Shown here in pieces: positions 40,610-50,876 of a stretch of 64,000 nt of DNA. Numbering within the stretch: position 1 is the first letter of the stretch; each line of letters opens with the position of its first letter. The stretch is taken from positions 1,166 through 65,165 of the forward strand of contig JAGBDD010000238.1 of NCBI GenBank assembly GCA_017937685.1. The letters run 5' to 3'. The notes under the pieces were generated by a model. That model did not search any database. It saw nothing but the letters and a program-made list of their open reading frames with translations, and had not been told where the DNA came from. This DNA is from Thermoguttaceae bacterium. Lineage in GTDB: Bacteria > Planctomycetota > Planctomycetia > Pirellulales > Thermoguttaceae. The position numbers were made by a program, and so were the translations under genes.

Positions 40610-40684
40610 AAAGGCGCGCCGAATTGAAAATCGCTTCCCGCGCTTCCGTTCGACTTTAACGCCCGTTCGCATTAAGGAGCGTTT

Positions 40685-41326
40685 ATGCCCGTTCGCCTCG
40701 TCGTCGCCGACCAGCGCCCCGTCGTCCGCGCCGGCCTTTTTTCCTTTTTTTCGGACGGCGACGTCCAAATCGTCGACGAAGCGCAAACCGCCGAACAACT
40801 CGTCGCGAAAACGCTCGTCGCGCGCCCCGACGTTTTATTGCTCGACGTTAATTTCCCCGATCAAACGGGTTTCGAAGCGGTCGAAACGTTAAGAACGCAA
40901 CGCTTCGACGGTCGAATCGTTTTTTTTGCCGACGTCGACCAACAGGCGTATTTTGCGCGCGCTCTCGCCGTCGGAGCCGACTCGTATTTGTTGAAAAAAA
41001 CGTCGCGGGCCGAACTTACGCGGGTCGTTCGGACGCTCGGAACCGTCGGGGCGGAACCGAACGGCGCGCCCTGTTCCGGCGAACTCCGCCGCGTCGCGTC
41101 GCTGTTAAGACGTCGTTCCGTCGACCCGTTGAATCCGCTAACGGCGCGCGAAACGCAAGTGTTGCGGCATATCGCGTTCGGATTGAGCAATAAAGAAATC
41201 GCCGCGTCGTTGCAGTTAAGCCTCGACACCGTTAAAGAACACGTTCAAAATATTTTGCGAAAGCTCGACGCTCGCGACCGCGCGCAGGCCGCCGTTTGGG
41301 CCGTTCGCAATAAGCTGATTTATTAA
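40685..41326 (+). CDS. Two-component response regulator, NarL/LuxR family (REC plus HTH)
   Basis: REC domain with acceptor context DVLLLDVNFPDQTG and conserved Lys in GADSYLLKK. C-terminal LuxR HTH: LTARETQVLRHIAFGLSNKEIAASLQLSLDTVKEHVQNILRKL. Confidence 0.9.
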   Translation: MPVRLVVADQRPVVRAGLFSFFSDGDVQIVDEAQTAEQLVAKTLVARPDVLLLDVNFPDQTGFEAVETLRTQRFDGRIVFFADVDQQAYFARALAVGADSYLLKKTSRAELTRVVRTLGTVGAEPNGAPCSGELRRVASLLRRRSVDPLNPLTARETQVLRHIAFGLSNKEIAASLQLSLDTVKEHVQNILRKLDARDRAQAAVWAVRNKLIY

Positions 41327-41411
41327 ATTAACGCTCGTCGACTCGCGCGACGGGCCAATTTCACCTTTTTTGCGCCCGTCGCGACGACGGCGCGCTCAAG
41401 GACGCCAACTT

Positions 41412-41771
41412 ATGAGCGACTCTAAAGTCCATTTGATGGTTCGTTACGAAGACAACGCGGCGATCGCCGACTGCCTCGACGTTAAATTGAACGAAGAACT
41501 TAGCATTCAATCTTGGGGCGACGAGATGTACGCGTTGCTCGAAAACTGCAACGAAGAACGCGTTATCGTCAACTTCCAAAACGTTAAGTTTATGTCGAGT
41601 TCGGCGCTGCGCGTCTTAATCACCGCGAACAATAAAGCGAAAGCGAAACGCGTCGCCCTCTTCCTGTGCAACATCGACGAGAATATTTTAGAAGTCTTCA
41701 AAATTACGAAACTCGATTCGTTGTTCAAGATTCGACCGACCGAAGTCGAAGCGCTCCATTCGCAAATTTAA
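41412..41771 (+). CDS. STAS-domain anti-sigma-factor antagonist (SpoIIAA/RsbV-like)
   Basis: 119 aa from ATG 41412. The phosphorylatable-serine context is NVKFMSSSALRVLI. The upstream Arg-rich extension in the track ORF (41370) was discarded. Confidence 0.75.
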   Translation: MSDSKVHLMVRYEDNAAIADCLDVKLNEELSIQSWGDEMYALLENCNEERVIVNFQNVKFMSSSALRVLITANNKAKAKRVALFLCNIDENILEVFKITKLDSLFKIRPTEVEALHSQI

Positions 41772-41819
41772 CGAACGACGCAAGCCGTTCGTTTCGCGCC
41801 CTTTTCCGCGAGAATCGTT

Positions 41820-42254
41820 ATGTCGACGCAATTCAACAACGATTGGCGTTACACTACGTCGTTCCACAGCGTTCCCGACTCCGGCGACCCGTTCGTCGAG
41901 ATCGTTATTAACGAACTCGAACGCCGCTCTTGGTCGTCTAAAGACTTATTCGCCGTTCGTTTGGCGTTGGAAGAGGCGATCGCGAACGCCGTCGAACACG
42001 GCAATCGACGCGACCCGACGAAAAAAGTCGACGTTTCCGCGGAAATTTCGGTCGAACGCGTCTTGCTGCGCGTGCGCGACGAGGGCGACGGTTTCGACGA
42101 GTCGACGATTCCGAATCCGACGCTCGTCGAAAACCTAGAAATCCCGACGGGGCGCGGGCTTTTCTTGATTCGCAACTTTATGACGAACGTTTGGCGCGGT
42201 TCCAACGGCGCCGAACTCTTTATGGAAAAAACGCCGACGCCGAACGACGTTTGA
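41820..42254 (+). CDS. Anti-sigma regulatory factor / serine protein kinase (RsbW/SpoIIAB-like, HATPase_c)
   Basis: N-box LEEAIANAVEHGN, G1 box VRDEGDGFD, G2 box TGRGLFLIRNFM. 144 aa, 48 nt downstream of the STAS gene. Confidence 0.8.
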   Translation: MSTQFNNDWRYTTSFHSVPDSGDPFVEIVINELERRSWSSKDLFAVRLALEEAIANAVEHGNRRDPTKKVDVSAEISVERVLLRVRDEGDGFDESTIPNPTLVENLEIPTGRGLFLIRNFMTNVWRGSNGAELFMEKTPTPNDV

Positions 42255-42320
42255 CCGTCGCCGGTCGCGCTCGGCGGCGTTTTCTTCGTTTCGCGTCGCC
42301 GCTCGTTCGTCCGTCCGCTC

Positions 42321-42360
42321 AAAAAAAGCCGAGTCGGCGATCAATCCGACTCGGCTTTCG
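42321..42360. terminator. Bidirectional terminator between convergent genes
   Basis: AAAAAAA, then AGCCGAGTCGG (42327-42337), 8-nt loop, CCGACTCGGCT (42346-42356), then TTCG. The 11-bp stem is perfect. The A-run supplies the U-tract for the minus-strand gene. Confidence 0.65.
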
Positions 42361-42405
42361 CAACGCTCCGCCGGTCGCGGAGCGCGACGTTTCTTCTAAA
42401 ACGAC

Positions 42406-45400
42406 TTAGAACTTAACGCTCAAATCGACGTCGAACGCGAACGCGTCTTCTTCGTCGTCGGAATCGTCGAAGGCCCAAACGACGTCCGTTTCGGCCTCGG
42501 TTCCAACGACGGCGAACGTCTCGACCAACGCGGCGCGCTCGGCGGAATCGGTTTCGTCGCCGCTTTGAAGCGCGACGGCTTCTTCGGCGACGGCGTTCGT
42601 CGCGTCGTTTTCTTCGTCGTCGGTTTCGGAAACGAACGCTTCGGCGACCAACGCGGCGTCGACGGCGGCGCCGCGCGCAACTTTCGACGCGGCGGCGACT
42701 TCCGACGGATTTGCGAGCGAGTAAACGCCTTCTTCCGTCTCAACCTCGGACGCAAGAACCGCGCTCGAAACCGCGTAAGGCGGCTCGTCCTTATAAAACG
42801 AGTCGACGTCGAGGTTGGCTTTCGAACCATACGCAAGAACGAACTCCGTAAAGTCGGATCCAACGATCTTCCCGTCGATATTGAAGTCGAAAACTCCGCA
42901 AAAAGTCATATCTTCCGGCAAATAAACAACTTCGACGCCGTAAGACAACACGAAATTCGTAAAGTCGTTCGAGTTGACGGCGCCGTCGTCGTTCGAGTCG
43001 GCGGCCACCGGATAAACGACGAGCTCGGTCGGCGCGGCTACGGTCGCGACCGCGGCGCCGTTGACCGATTGCGACGCGGCAACGGCTGAAAAGTCGGCCC
43101 CAACGCCTTCGATAACGCCGTTTTGCGGAATAGAAAGCCCGCCCTCGTAAACACCGACCGCGTTCATTTTCGGAGCGAAGCGAACGCGAGCGACGAGCGC
43201 CCAGCCGTCGGCGGCGGCTTTCCCGGTCGCGGCAACGGTCGCGACGCCGTTAGCGGCGGAAAGCGTCGCTTCGAATCCGGTCGCGTTTTCGACGCCGACC
43301 AACGTAAAATATTCCGGATTAAATTTTAACGCGGCGGTCGCGGTCGTAACGACGCCGGCGCCGTCGGTCGTCGCCCAAACGTCGATATAGAAGTTCGACC
43401 ATTCGTCGAGCCAAGTTCGCTCGGTCGCGAGCGCGGCGTCCAAATTCGCGCCGGGTTCGGCGGAAGCGGATTGGCAAACGAACTTCACCGAACCTCCGGA
43501 ACTCTCGCTACCGTCGGAGTTTAAGAAAACGCCGACTTTCTTGCCTTGCGCGAAAATCACGTCGGGCGACGCGTCGTCGTTAAAGCGTCCGACGGTCAAC
43601 GCCGCGCCGACCGACGTTTCGCCCATCGCGGCGCCGGCGTTGAAAACCGACGCGGTTCCGGAACCAAGGAAGCCGAAAAGGTAGGACTTGCCGGCGGTCG
43701 TATGCTGCGTCGTCGCGACGTCGAGCTTGCCGTCGACGTTCAAGTCGGCGAGAACCAAGCCGGTCGGCGCGACGCCGGAAACGCGCAAAGAGGAATTCGA
43801 CGCAACCTTCGAAAGTCCCGAAGACGTTTGCAGATAATACGCGATATGCGCGTAATTCGAGCCGGACGCCGAGTTCAAGACGACGACGTCGTTCAAGCCG
43901 TCGCCGTTAATATCGCCGATCGCGGCGGCGGTCGGGTTATAAACGCCGGAAGCGACTAAGCCCGTGTTCGAGCTTAACGTCGTCGCGAGGAAAGTCGAAC
44001 CGGTGTTTTTCAGCACGGAAATCGAGTTTTGCTCGGAATTTACCGCGACGAGGTCGTCAAGGCCGCTTCCGTAAATCGAACCGGCGGTCAACGAAGTCGC
44101 TCCCAAAGCGCCCAAGCGATACGAACGCTCCGCGACCAACGTCGTCGAACCTGAAGCGACGTTCAAACGCAACGCGTCGACGTTCTGCGCGTCGGACAAT
44201 TTGGCTTGCGACAAAACGGCGATTTCGTCGACGCCCGCTTGCGAGAACGAACCGACCGTAAAATCGACGAACCCCGAAACGGCGCGCGACGCGACCGGCG
44301 CGAACGAACCGTCCGAAATTTGTTGGAAAATTTGCAAGTTCGTTCCGACGGTAAAATCGGAGCCTTCCGCTTGATAATAAACGGCGACGTCGGTCAAACC
44401 GTCGCCGTTGAAGTCGCCGAAGACGGCTTTTTTCGCCGTTTGAGTAAAGGTCGCGACCGTTTGCGCGTTCGTTAACGAACCGTCGGACGCGGCGTCGGCG
44501 ACGGAAATTTGCGTCGCGCCGACGAGAAGCGTTTCGGTTTTGCCGTCGCCGTCGACGTCGCCGACGTAAACCGAATGATAATTCGGCGTCGTCGAAACAA
44601 CCGCGGTTTGCGTAAACTCAAAGCCGTAAGTTCGCGACGTTTCGCCTTGGAAAACAACGTAAGAGGCGCCGTTGGCGACGAAAAGTTCCGGCGTCGCGGC
44701 CAACCCTCCCATATTGCCAAGCGCGGCGGTCGAAGACGCGTTCAGCGATATTCCGTCGCACTTAACGACGTTGGAAGTAAATTTGACGTCGCCGTCGGCA
44801 AAGCCGAAATTATTCAACGTAATAATGGAAGAGTCTTTGCCGACCGTCCCGCCGACGATCAAAACGCCGTCTTTTTCGACGACCCATTCGACGACTACCG
44901 AGCCGAGCGAACTCAAATCGGCGACGTATTTTTTCGGCGTCGCGCCGCTAATATCGGTCAACACAAGAGAGTTCGACGTTTGCGAGGAAGTTCGGTCGAT
45001 CGAAACGACGCACTCCTTGCCGCCGATCGTCGCGACGTCGGCCAAAATCGGGTCGTCGGTCGTCGAGGAGCCGGAAAGGTTGAGCGAAGTCGCCGATTTG
45101 CCGAAATTGGTTTCGCCGACGCCGGAATAAATCAACGTTTGACGCGGAGAAGACCCGCCGCTTCCCGCCGACAACGTCGAACCTTGAACGAGCAAATCGG
45201 CGCCGGAAGCGGTTTCGCGGAGCGCGACGTCGAGCGAAAGGAAGGCGAGCCCGGAACTCGGAAACGACGAAACGTCGAGCGCCTTCGTCGAAACTTTCGT
45301 AAAGGAATAATCGGAAGCGCCTTGATAAACGGTCGCCGAAAGCGCGAGTTCGACGCCGTTCGTCGCTTGCGAGACAACGACAAGATCGGCGATTCCGTCG

Positions 45401-45789
45401 TCGCCGACGACGTCGCCCAACGCGACCGGCGAGTCGTTCGCGTTAATCAATTCGGCGATTTTAGTCGACTTTTTCAAAACGTAGGCGCCGGTTCCGTCGT
45501 TCGCGTAAACGTCGAGCGTTTTTTCGCTGTAATTAATCGTCAACAACTCGTCGGCTTCGCCGCCGTCCAGGTTGGAAAGTTCGCAGAAATTCGGCGCGCG
45601 CTCCGAAAGATCGATCGAGTATTCCGCCGACGTCGATTCGAATTCGGTCGTTTTTTCCGGCGCGAATCCGCCCCAATCGGCGTTCAGCAGCTCGCGATTT
45701 TCCAACGCTTCAAGCGAAAGACGCCGCGCCGACGGCCAAAAACTGGAATTTTTTCGTTCGAAAATACGTTGAAAAAAATCTTTTTTCAT
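42406..45789 (-). CDS. Large secreted FG-GAP/VCBS-repeat protein with cohesin-like and dockerin-like modules and an acidic C-terminus
   Basis: N-terminus ...RRLSLEALENRELLNADWGG, a planctomycete-type extracellular motif. Repeated GD.NGDG..D contexts (GDVDGDGKTE, GDFNGDGLTDVAV, GDINGDGLNDVVV, ADLNVDGKLDV). Dockerin-like DSNDDGAVNSNDFTNFVLSYG and FDFNIDGKIVGSDFTEFVLAYG. Confidence 0.85.
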   Translation of the reverse strand: MKKDFFQRIFERKNSSFWPSARRLSLEALENRELLNADWGGFAPEKTTEFESTSAEYSIDLSERAPNFCELSNLDGGEADELLTINYSEKTLDVYANDGTGAYVLKKSTKIAELINANDSPVALGDVVGDDGIADLVVVSQATNGVELALSATVYQGASDYSFTKVSTKALDVSSFPSSGLAFLSLDVALRETASGADLLVQGSTLSAGSGGSSPRQTLIYSGVGETNFGKSATSLNLSGSSTTDDPILADVATIGGKECVVSIDRTSSQTSNSLVLTDISGATPKKYVADLSSLGSVVVEWVVEKDGVLIVGGTVGKDSSIITLNNFGFADGDVKFTSNVVKCDGISLNASSTAALGNMGGLAATPELFVANGASYVVFQGETSRTYGFEFTQTAVVSTTPNYHSVYVGDVDGDGKTETLLVGATQISVADAASDGSLTNAQTVATFTQTAKKAVFGDFNGDGLTDVAVYYQAEGSDFTVGTNLQIFQQISDGSFAPVASRAVSGFVDFTVGSFSQAGVDEIAVLSQAKLSDAQNVDALRLNVASGSTTLVAERSYRLGALGATSLTAGSIYGSGLDDLVAVNSEQNSISVLKNTGSTFLATTLSSNTGLVASGVYNPTAAAIGDINGDGLNDVVVLNSASGSNYAHIAYYLQTSSGLSKVASNSSLRVSGVAPTGLVLADLNVDGKLDVATTQHTTAGKSYLFGFLGSGTASVFNAGAAMGETSVGAALTVGRFNDDASPDVIFAQGKKVGVFLNSDGSESSGGSVKFVCQSASAEPGANLDAALATERTWLDEWSNFYIDVWATTDGAGVVTTATAALKFNPEYFTLVGVENATGFEATLSAANGVATVAATGKAAADGWALVARVRFAPKMNAVGVYEGGLSIPQNGVIEGVGADFSAVAASQSVNGAAVATVAAPTELVVYPVAADSNDDGAVNSNDFTNFVLSYGVEVVYLPEDMTFCGVFDFNIDGKIVGSDFTEFVLAYGSKANLDVDSFYKDEPPYAVSSAVLASEVETEEGVYSLANPSEVAAASKVARGAAVDAALVAEAFVSETDDEENDATNAVAEEAVALQSGDETDSAERAALVETFAVVGTEAETDVVWAFDDSDDEEDAFAFDVDLSVKF

Positions 45790-46282
45790 AATCGTTGCCT
45801 TCGTATGGACTCAAACCGGAAAACCGATTATTTTACTACCAACGCTGAAATTTGCTCTATTTTTGCGTCGTCGAACTTGCGAACGCCTAAAATCGGGCGG
45901 GGCTCGCCGACGTCGCGTTCCGCGTTATTCCGTTTTGCGCGCGTTTCGTCGACGACATTTATTCCGCCGCGTCGCCCTTTGTTAATAAGTTAGGACGTTC
46001 GCGGAAAAAAAAGGTTCGCGCTTTTGTCCTAAAAAACGCTTGAAAACCGGGGCTCCGTCGTTAAATTCGGAACGCCGCGCCTTTGCTCGCCGTCCTCCCC
46101 AACGTTCGCGACGTTTCAACGGCAAAATCTTCTTTGTCAATGATACCGGGAGGCGCCTAAAAAAGCAAGAGACGTTTTAAAGAAAAATCCTTTTTTATCG
46201 ATTTTAAGACTTTTTTTCTTTCGCAACCGCTCGACCAACGCTCTCCGTCGCGTTCTTGGAACAACTTGCCGCCGATTCCTCT

Positions 46283-46322
46283 CCGACAAGCGGTCGGCGG
46301 CGTCGGCTCGACCGCTTGTCGG
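46283..46322 (-). terminator. Perfect 14-bp hairpin 16 nt downstream of the ATPase stop (no U-tract)
   Basis: CCGACAAGCGGTCG (46283-46296) and CGACCGCTTGTCGG (46309-46322) with a 12-nt loop. The minus-strand sequence after the hairpin is not U-rich, so its function as a terminator is uncertain. Confidence 0.4.
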
Positions 46323-46337
46323 GAATTAAATCGGCGT

Positions 46338-49300
46338 CTACTCGTCGTCCGTTTCGTCGAAATCGTCGTTTTCGTCGAAATCGTCCGCTTCTTCGTCGAC
46401 GTCGTCGTCAAACTCTTCGTCGTCTTCGTATTCCTCGCCGTCTTCCCAATCTTCCTCTTCTTCGCCGTTCGTTTCGTCGAAGTAATCGAGGAACGATTCG
46501 TCGCCGTTTTCGGAATCGGTTTCGCCGTCGGAGTCGGCGCGCGCTTCGGAATCGGCGAGAAAAACGGTCGCCCATTCGTCGTAATCGAGCGATTCGATCG
46601 CGTCTTCGCCCTCTTCGTCGTCGTTTTCTTCCGCTTCGAAGGGCGCGACGTCGACGACGCTCGCTTCCGGCGCGACTTCCAGCGCGCTTTCCGCCGTTTC
46701 GTTCGCGGAAAAGGTTGGACTAATTTCGGACAACGCCCGCAATTCGACGCGTTCGCCGTCGAGCGCGACGTTTTTCAACGTTTCGACGTACTCGGCGACC
46801 TGCGCGGCGCGTTCGGTCGGCTCCGAAACGACGTCGACCGTTTGCGCGTCTTCCTCCGTCGCCTCCGGAGCGTTCGCCGAAAAGACGAACGACGAAAAAT
46901 CGGGAACGCCCGGCTCGACCGCCGTTTCGACGCTTTCCGTCTCCGCAACCGTCGCTTTCGGCGCGACGGCGGAATCCGAATCTTGCGACGCGTCGGGCTT
47001 TTCGCCGCCGACCGAAAGCGGTTCCTGCGTCGAACGCAAATTTTCGGCGTCTTCGCTCAATTTCAGCGACGTTTCTTCGTCGGAACCGTCGACGACCCAA
47101 TAGGGTTTGCTCGGCTTCTCGTTCGCGGCGGTCGCAGACTCGTTTTCCGGCGTCGGCGGAACCGGTTTTTCGCCCGGTTCGAGCGTCCGATACGCGCCGC
47201 TCCCCGCCGTTCCGACGACGTCGATCGACGGTTCCGCGTCGGCGCTCGGGTTCGAAGTCGCGAGATTCGGGCCGGCCTCCGTCGTTTCCGGCGCGACCGA
47301 AACGAGCGTCTGGGCCGGATTCTTGCGTCGACGTTTCGACTTCGGCGGGAGCAACACTCGGAACGCGCGGCGCTTCGGATCGTTCGACGTCGGAAGCGCG
47401 CAAACCGGAACGTTCAAGCCGAGGAAAAGTCGGCAAATATGCTCGTGACAGGTGAAGAGGAAGATTTGCCGCCCGCTCTTCGCGAAATCGCAAAGAACCT
47501 TCGCCGCGATTCCGGCTCGCTTATTGTCGAAGTTGACGAGAACGTCGTCCAAAATCAACGGCATTTGAATCCCGTGTTTCTCGAACGAAACGACGAGCGC
47601 CAAACGAATCGCGATGAAAAGCTGCTCCCGCGTCCCGCGAGACAAAGAAGCGACGTCGAGCGTTTCGCCGTCCGCCGCGTCGACGTAAAGCGCGTCTTCG
47701 CCGAGCGGCGTCCAGATGTTAACGTAACGAGATTCCGTCAAACGGCGCAGATAACGCGACGCTTCGCGGAGCGTTTCCGGTTGGCGCTCGCGTTCGTAAG
47801 CGCGACGCACGTCCTCCATCGCCCGCCCGGCGATCGCGCGGCTTTGCCAAAGGTCGGCCATCTCGGCGATTCGCAGGTCGAGCGCCGCCGCTTCGAAACG
47901 ACTTCGAATCGACTCTTTTTTCGCCGCGATCGCGTCCGCTTGTTGGCTGAGCCGTCCGGAGAGTTCGAGTTTGCCGCGCAGTTCGGCGTCGAGCCCTTCC
48001 AAACGACGCTCCAAATTCTCGATCGCCGTCGGAAGTTCTTCGCGAACTTCCGCGTCGAGCAGGAGCGCGCCAAGTTCCTCTTCGGAACAGAACCCGCCGA
48101 TCCCAACTTCCAACCGGCGTTGCGCTTCGTCGAACGCGGCGTTCAACCGACAATACGTCGCGCGCCGCTCGACCGCTTCGACGAGCGCTTCGGTCGTCTT
48201 GACGCGATACCCGGCCAAGAAGCGGCGAACGTCTTTCGTTTGTCGACGGCGCGCCAAGAAGAATTGACGATATTCCTTTTTCAGCGCGACCATCGAGTCC
48301 CAAAGCTCGGCGCGACGTTGTTGCGACAGCCCGTATTCTTCGGCGACGGCGCGGAGCTTCGGCGCCAGTTCGAACGGCGTCGCGTTTTTATCGACGTCGA
48401 GTTTCGGCAGGAGCGCGACGGCGGCGGCGAAACGGTCGACGATCCCTTGCCGTTCGCGTCCGAGGAAATCGATTTCGGCGGCGACGCCCTCGATTTGGCG
48501 GCGCAAATCTTCGGTTAAACCGACTCGATCAAGCAAGTCGCGCACCTGAGCCGGATTGAGCGTCGCCGGAAGCCCCGCGTCGCGGAGCCAAGCGGCCCAA
48601 CGTTTGCGCGCTTTCTTCAACGCCTCTTCCGCTTTTTGAACGCGAGCTTCCTCGGCGCGGAAAATCTTCGTCGCTTCGCGCCATTGCGCTTCGACCGGGG
48701 CCAACGACTCGAAAAACGCCAAATCGGTTTTCGCCTTTTGAAGTCGGCTTTCAAGGGTCGCGGTCGAGTTCGGCGCCGCCGGGAAGCGTTCGTCGAGCTT
48801 TTTCGTTTCCGCTTGCGCTTGTTCGAGTTGACGCGTCAAGAGACCGAGTCGACGCTGGTTGTCTTCGAGCTTTTGATAATTCTTCTTTTCGACGGTCGTT
48901 TTGTAAAAAATGCAAGCGATCGTCGCCAAGAGACCGACGAGGCCGACCGCCAGCTCCATTCGCCCGAAGAGCGACAAGCCGAAAAGCAACCCGCCGACGA
49001 CGACCCCGGCGCCGAGCGCGTAAAGGGGCGCTCCGGTAATCGCTTGATTGTCGGCCAACGTTTTATTTTGCCGTTCGAGTTCCTTGCGGTATTGCGTCAT
49101 TTCGACGACGCGGCGCTCGATTTCAACGCGGCGACGGAGCCCGCCGAGAAGCGCGCCGGTTTTCTCGATCGCTTCGGTCAAGTTGCGTTGCGAACGCGAC
49201 GTCAACCCTTGTTCAAGCCGTTCGACCAACTCGTTCAAGCGCGCTTTGACGACTTCGAACTCCTCGCGGTATTTCTTCAGCTTCAAACGTCGACGCCGAA

Positions 49301-50876
49301 CCGCTTTAGCCGGAATGCGGAAATCCTCGACTTCCTTAAACGACAAGCCTTCGTCGACCAGTTTGTTCGGCAACGTCGGCGCGTTTTCTCCGTTTCCGGC
49401 GGCGTTTTGCGGATTCGCGCCGAACCGCGTTTCGGGCGCCAAATTCGACGCGACGATCGCGGCGTTCATCGCGTCGAGCGCGGCCGGCGTCAGCGTCATT
49501 TTTCCGTCGCGAGCGCTTTTGACGCGGGCGTCCTCTTCGGCGAGTTTCGCGTTGAGTTCCGACAATTCGCCTTGCAACCGCCCGACTTCCTCGTCGATTT
49601 CGCGCAGTCGCGGCAGATCGTCTTCAAGAATCGAAACGCGGGGCGCCAACTCTTCCAACGCGGAATCGACCGGAATCGCGTCCCGTTCGTCGCGGAGCGC
49701 CCGATAAGCGTTCTTAATTTCCTTAATCTTCTTGCGGGTTTCCTCGACGACGTCGCAGAGCGCGGCGCATTCGTCGACGGCGCTTTGCTCGACCGCCGGA
49801 ACGTCCCCCATCTCGACGACTTGCCGACGCGCCTCGTCCCGTTCGTCCCAAAGCTCGGCGATTTGAACGGCCAATTCGCGAACGCGTTTTTGCCGCGTCG
49901 TCTTGTCGAGCCGTTCCTGCAAAAGTTTCGTCGCTTCCAAAACGGCGCGACGCTCTTCGAGCAACCGGGCGTATTCGCGCAGATTCCCCGCCGCTTCGCC
50001 GGACTTGCGCCGCGCTCGGTCGCGTTCGGCGATCAAATTTTCCAAAATCGACGGTTTCCCCTTCGCGTCGAAGAGGTCGTTGCGCTCGGCGACGATCTGT
50101 TGGAAGACTTGAACGAACGCGCCGCGGTCGACGCCGACGCTCAAGCGGTAAAGCATTTGCGCCGCTTCGGTTTCGTTCAACGCGCCGAGACGTTGCAACT
50201 CGTCGAGCCCGATCGCGAAGACGCCGTTGTACGTCGATTCGTCGAGATTGCAAGTCAACGACTTCGCGAAATAATCGCCGACGCGCGTCCCGTCCGGCCC
50301 GACGACGACCAACGATTCGGCGATCTTTTTCCCCGGAAGCGGATAGAAACGCCCGCTCCAGTTGATCAGCCCTTCCGACGCGAGGAAGCCGGACTTGCGC
50401 TCGATCGCCGACTGCCAACCGGCGTCGCGTTTAATATACCGCCGCTCGAGTCGATGATCGCCGAACTCGGACGAAACGGTCGCCGCGCCGCCGATCCAAG
50501 CGCGCGCCGCGTCGCGGGCCGCCGTTTCCGCGTCGAGTTTCGCTTCCGCGTCGGCGTCTTTGCGACGCTCGCCGTCGAGAATTCGTTTAAGTTCCGCCGA
50601 CGCCGACGTTTCCGACGCGCTCGCCGCTTCGCCGAAACGTTTTTCGCCGAAACCGGGCTTCTCGCCGCGACGCGTTTTCCCGTCGAGCGCCATCTGAATA
50701 TATCGGGCGCGCTCTTCGTCGGCGCCGCCGTACAAACAGGCGCGAATGAACTGCATCAACGTCGTTTTCCCCGCTTCGTTCGGGCCGTAAAAGACGTTGA
50801 TTCCGCGCGAAACTTTCGGAAGGCTCAGCCCCTCCCAAACGCCGAAGCGTTCGATTTTCAGAGACGTAATTCTCAC
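46338..50876 (-). CDS. Giant Rad50/SbcC/YhaN-like AAA ATPase with a central transmembrane hairpin and a polyacidic C-terminal tail
   Basis: GTG start overlaps the upstream stop (GTGA). Walker A FYGPNEAGKTTL, long coiled-coil-type sequence, two hydrophobic helices at residues ~613-658, ABC signature LSRGTREQL, Walker B PLILDDVLVNFD, H-loop FTCHEH, then ~360 aa of low-complexity acidic sequence. Confidence 0.85.
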   Translation of the reverse strand: MRITSLKIERFGVWEGLSLPKVSRGINVFYGPNEAGKTTLMQFIRACLYGGADEERARYIQMALDGKTRRGEKPGFGEKRFGEAASASETSASAELKRILDGERRKDADAEAKLDAETAARDAARAWIGGAATVSSEFGDHRLERRYIKRDAGWQSAIERKSGFLASEGLINWSGRFYPLPGKKIAESLVVVGPDGTRVGDYFAKSLTCNLDESTYNGVFAIGLDELQRLGALNETEAAQMLYRLSVGVDRGAFVQVFQQIVAERNDLFDAKGKPSILENLIAERDRARRKSGEAAGNLREYARLLEERRAVLEATKLLQERLDKTTRQKRVRELAVQIAELWDERDEARRQVVEMGDVPAVEQSAVDECAALCDVVEETRKKIKEIKNAYRALRDERDAIPVDSALEELAPRVSILEDDLPRLREIDEEVGRLQGELSELNAKLAEEDARVKSARDGKMTLTPAALDAMNAAIVASNLAPETRFGANPQNAAGNGENAPTLPNKLVDEGLSFKEVEDFRIPAKAVRRRRLKLKKYREEFEVVKARLNELVERLEQGLTSRSQRNLTEAIEKTGALLGGLRRRVEIERRVVEMTQYRKELERQNKTLADNQAITGAPLYALGAGVVVGGLLFGLSLFGRMELAVGLVGLLATIACIFYKTTVEKKNYQKLEDNQRRLGLLTRQLEQAQAETKKLDERFPAAPNSTATLESRLQKAKTDLAFFESLAPVEAQWREATKIFRAEEARVQKAEEALKKARKRWAAWLRDAGLPATLNPAQVRDLLDRVGLTEDLRRQIEGVAAEIDFLGRERQGIVDRFAAAVALLPKLDVDKNATPFELAPKLRAVAEEYGLSQQRRAELWDSMVALKKEYRQFFLARRRQTKDVRRFLAGYRVKTTEALVEAVERRATYCRLNAAFDEAQRRLEVGIGGFCSEEELGALLLDAEVREELPTAIENLERRLEGLDAELRGKLELSGRLSQQADAIAAKKESIRSRFEAAALDLRIAEMADLWQSRAIAGRAMEDVRRAYERERQPETLREASRYLRRLTESRYVNIWTPLGEDALYVDAADGETLDVASLSRGTREQLFIAIRLALVVSFEKHGIQMPLILDDVLVNFDNKRAGIAAKVLCDFAKSGRQIFLFTCHEHICRLFLGLNVPVCALPTSNDPKRRAFRVLLPPKSKRRRKNPAQTLVSVAPETTEAGPNLATSNPSADAEPSIDVVGTAGSGAYRTLEPGEKPVPPTPENESATAANEKPSKPYWVVDGSDEETSLKLSEDAENLRSTQEPLSVGGEKPDASQDSDSAVAPKATVAETESVETAVEPGVPDFSSFVFSANAPEATEEDAQTVDVVSEPTERAAQVAEYVETLKNVALDGERVELRALSEISPTFSANETAESALEVAPEASVVDVAPFEAEENDDEEGEDAIESLDYDEWATVFLADSEARADSDGETDSENGDESFLDYFDETNGEEEEDWEDGEEYEDDEEFDDDVDEEADDFDENDDFDETDDE

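Noticed and set aside
49755-49775. CAALC (Cys-x3-Cys) in the ATPase coiled coil as a possible Rad50-type zinc hook
   Set aside because: The spacing is not CxxC. It lies at residue ~370 rather than at the coiled-coil midpoint, which is occupied by the TM hairpin.
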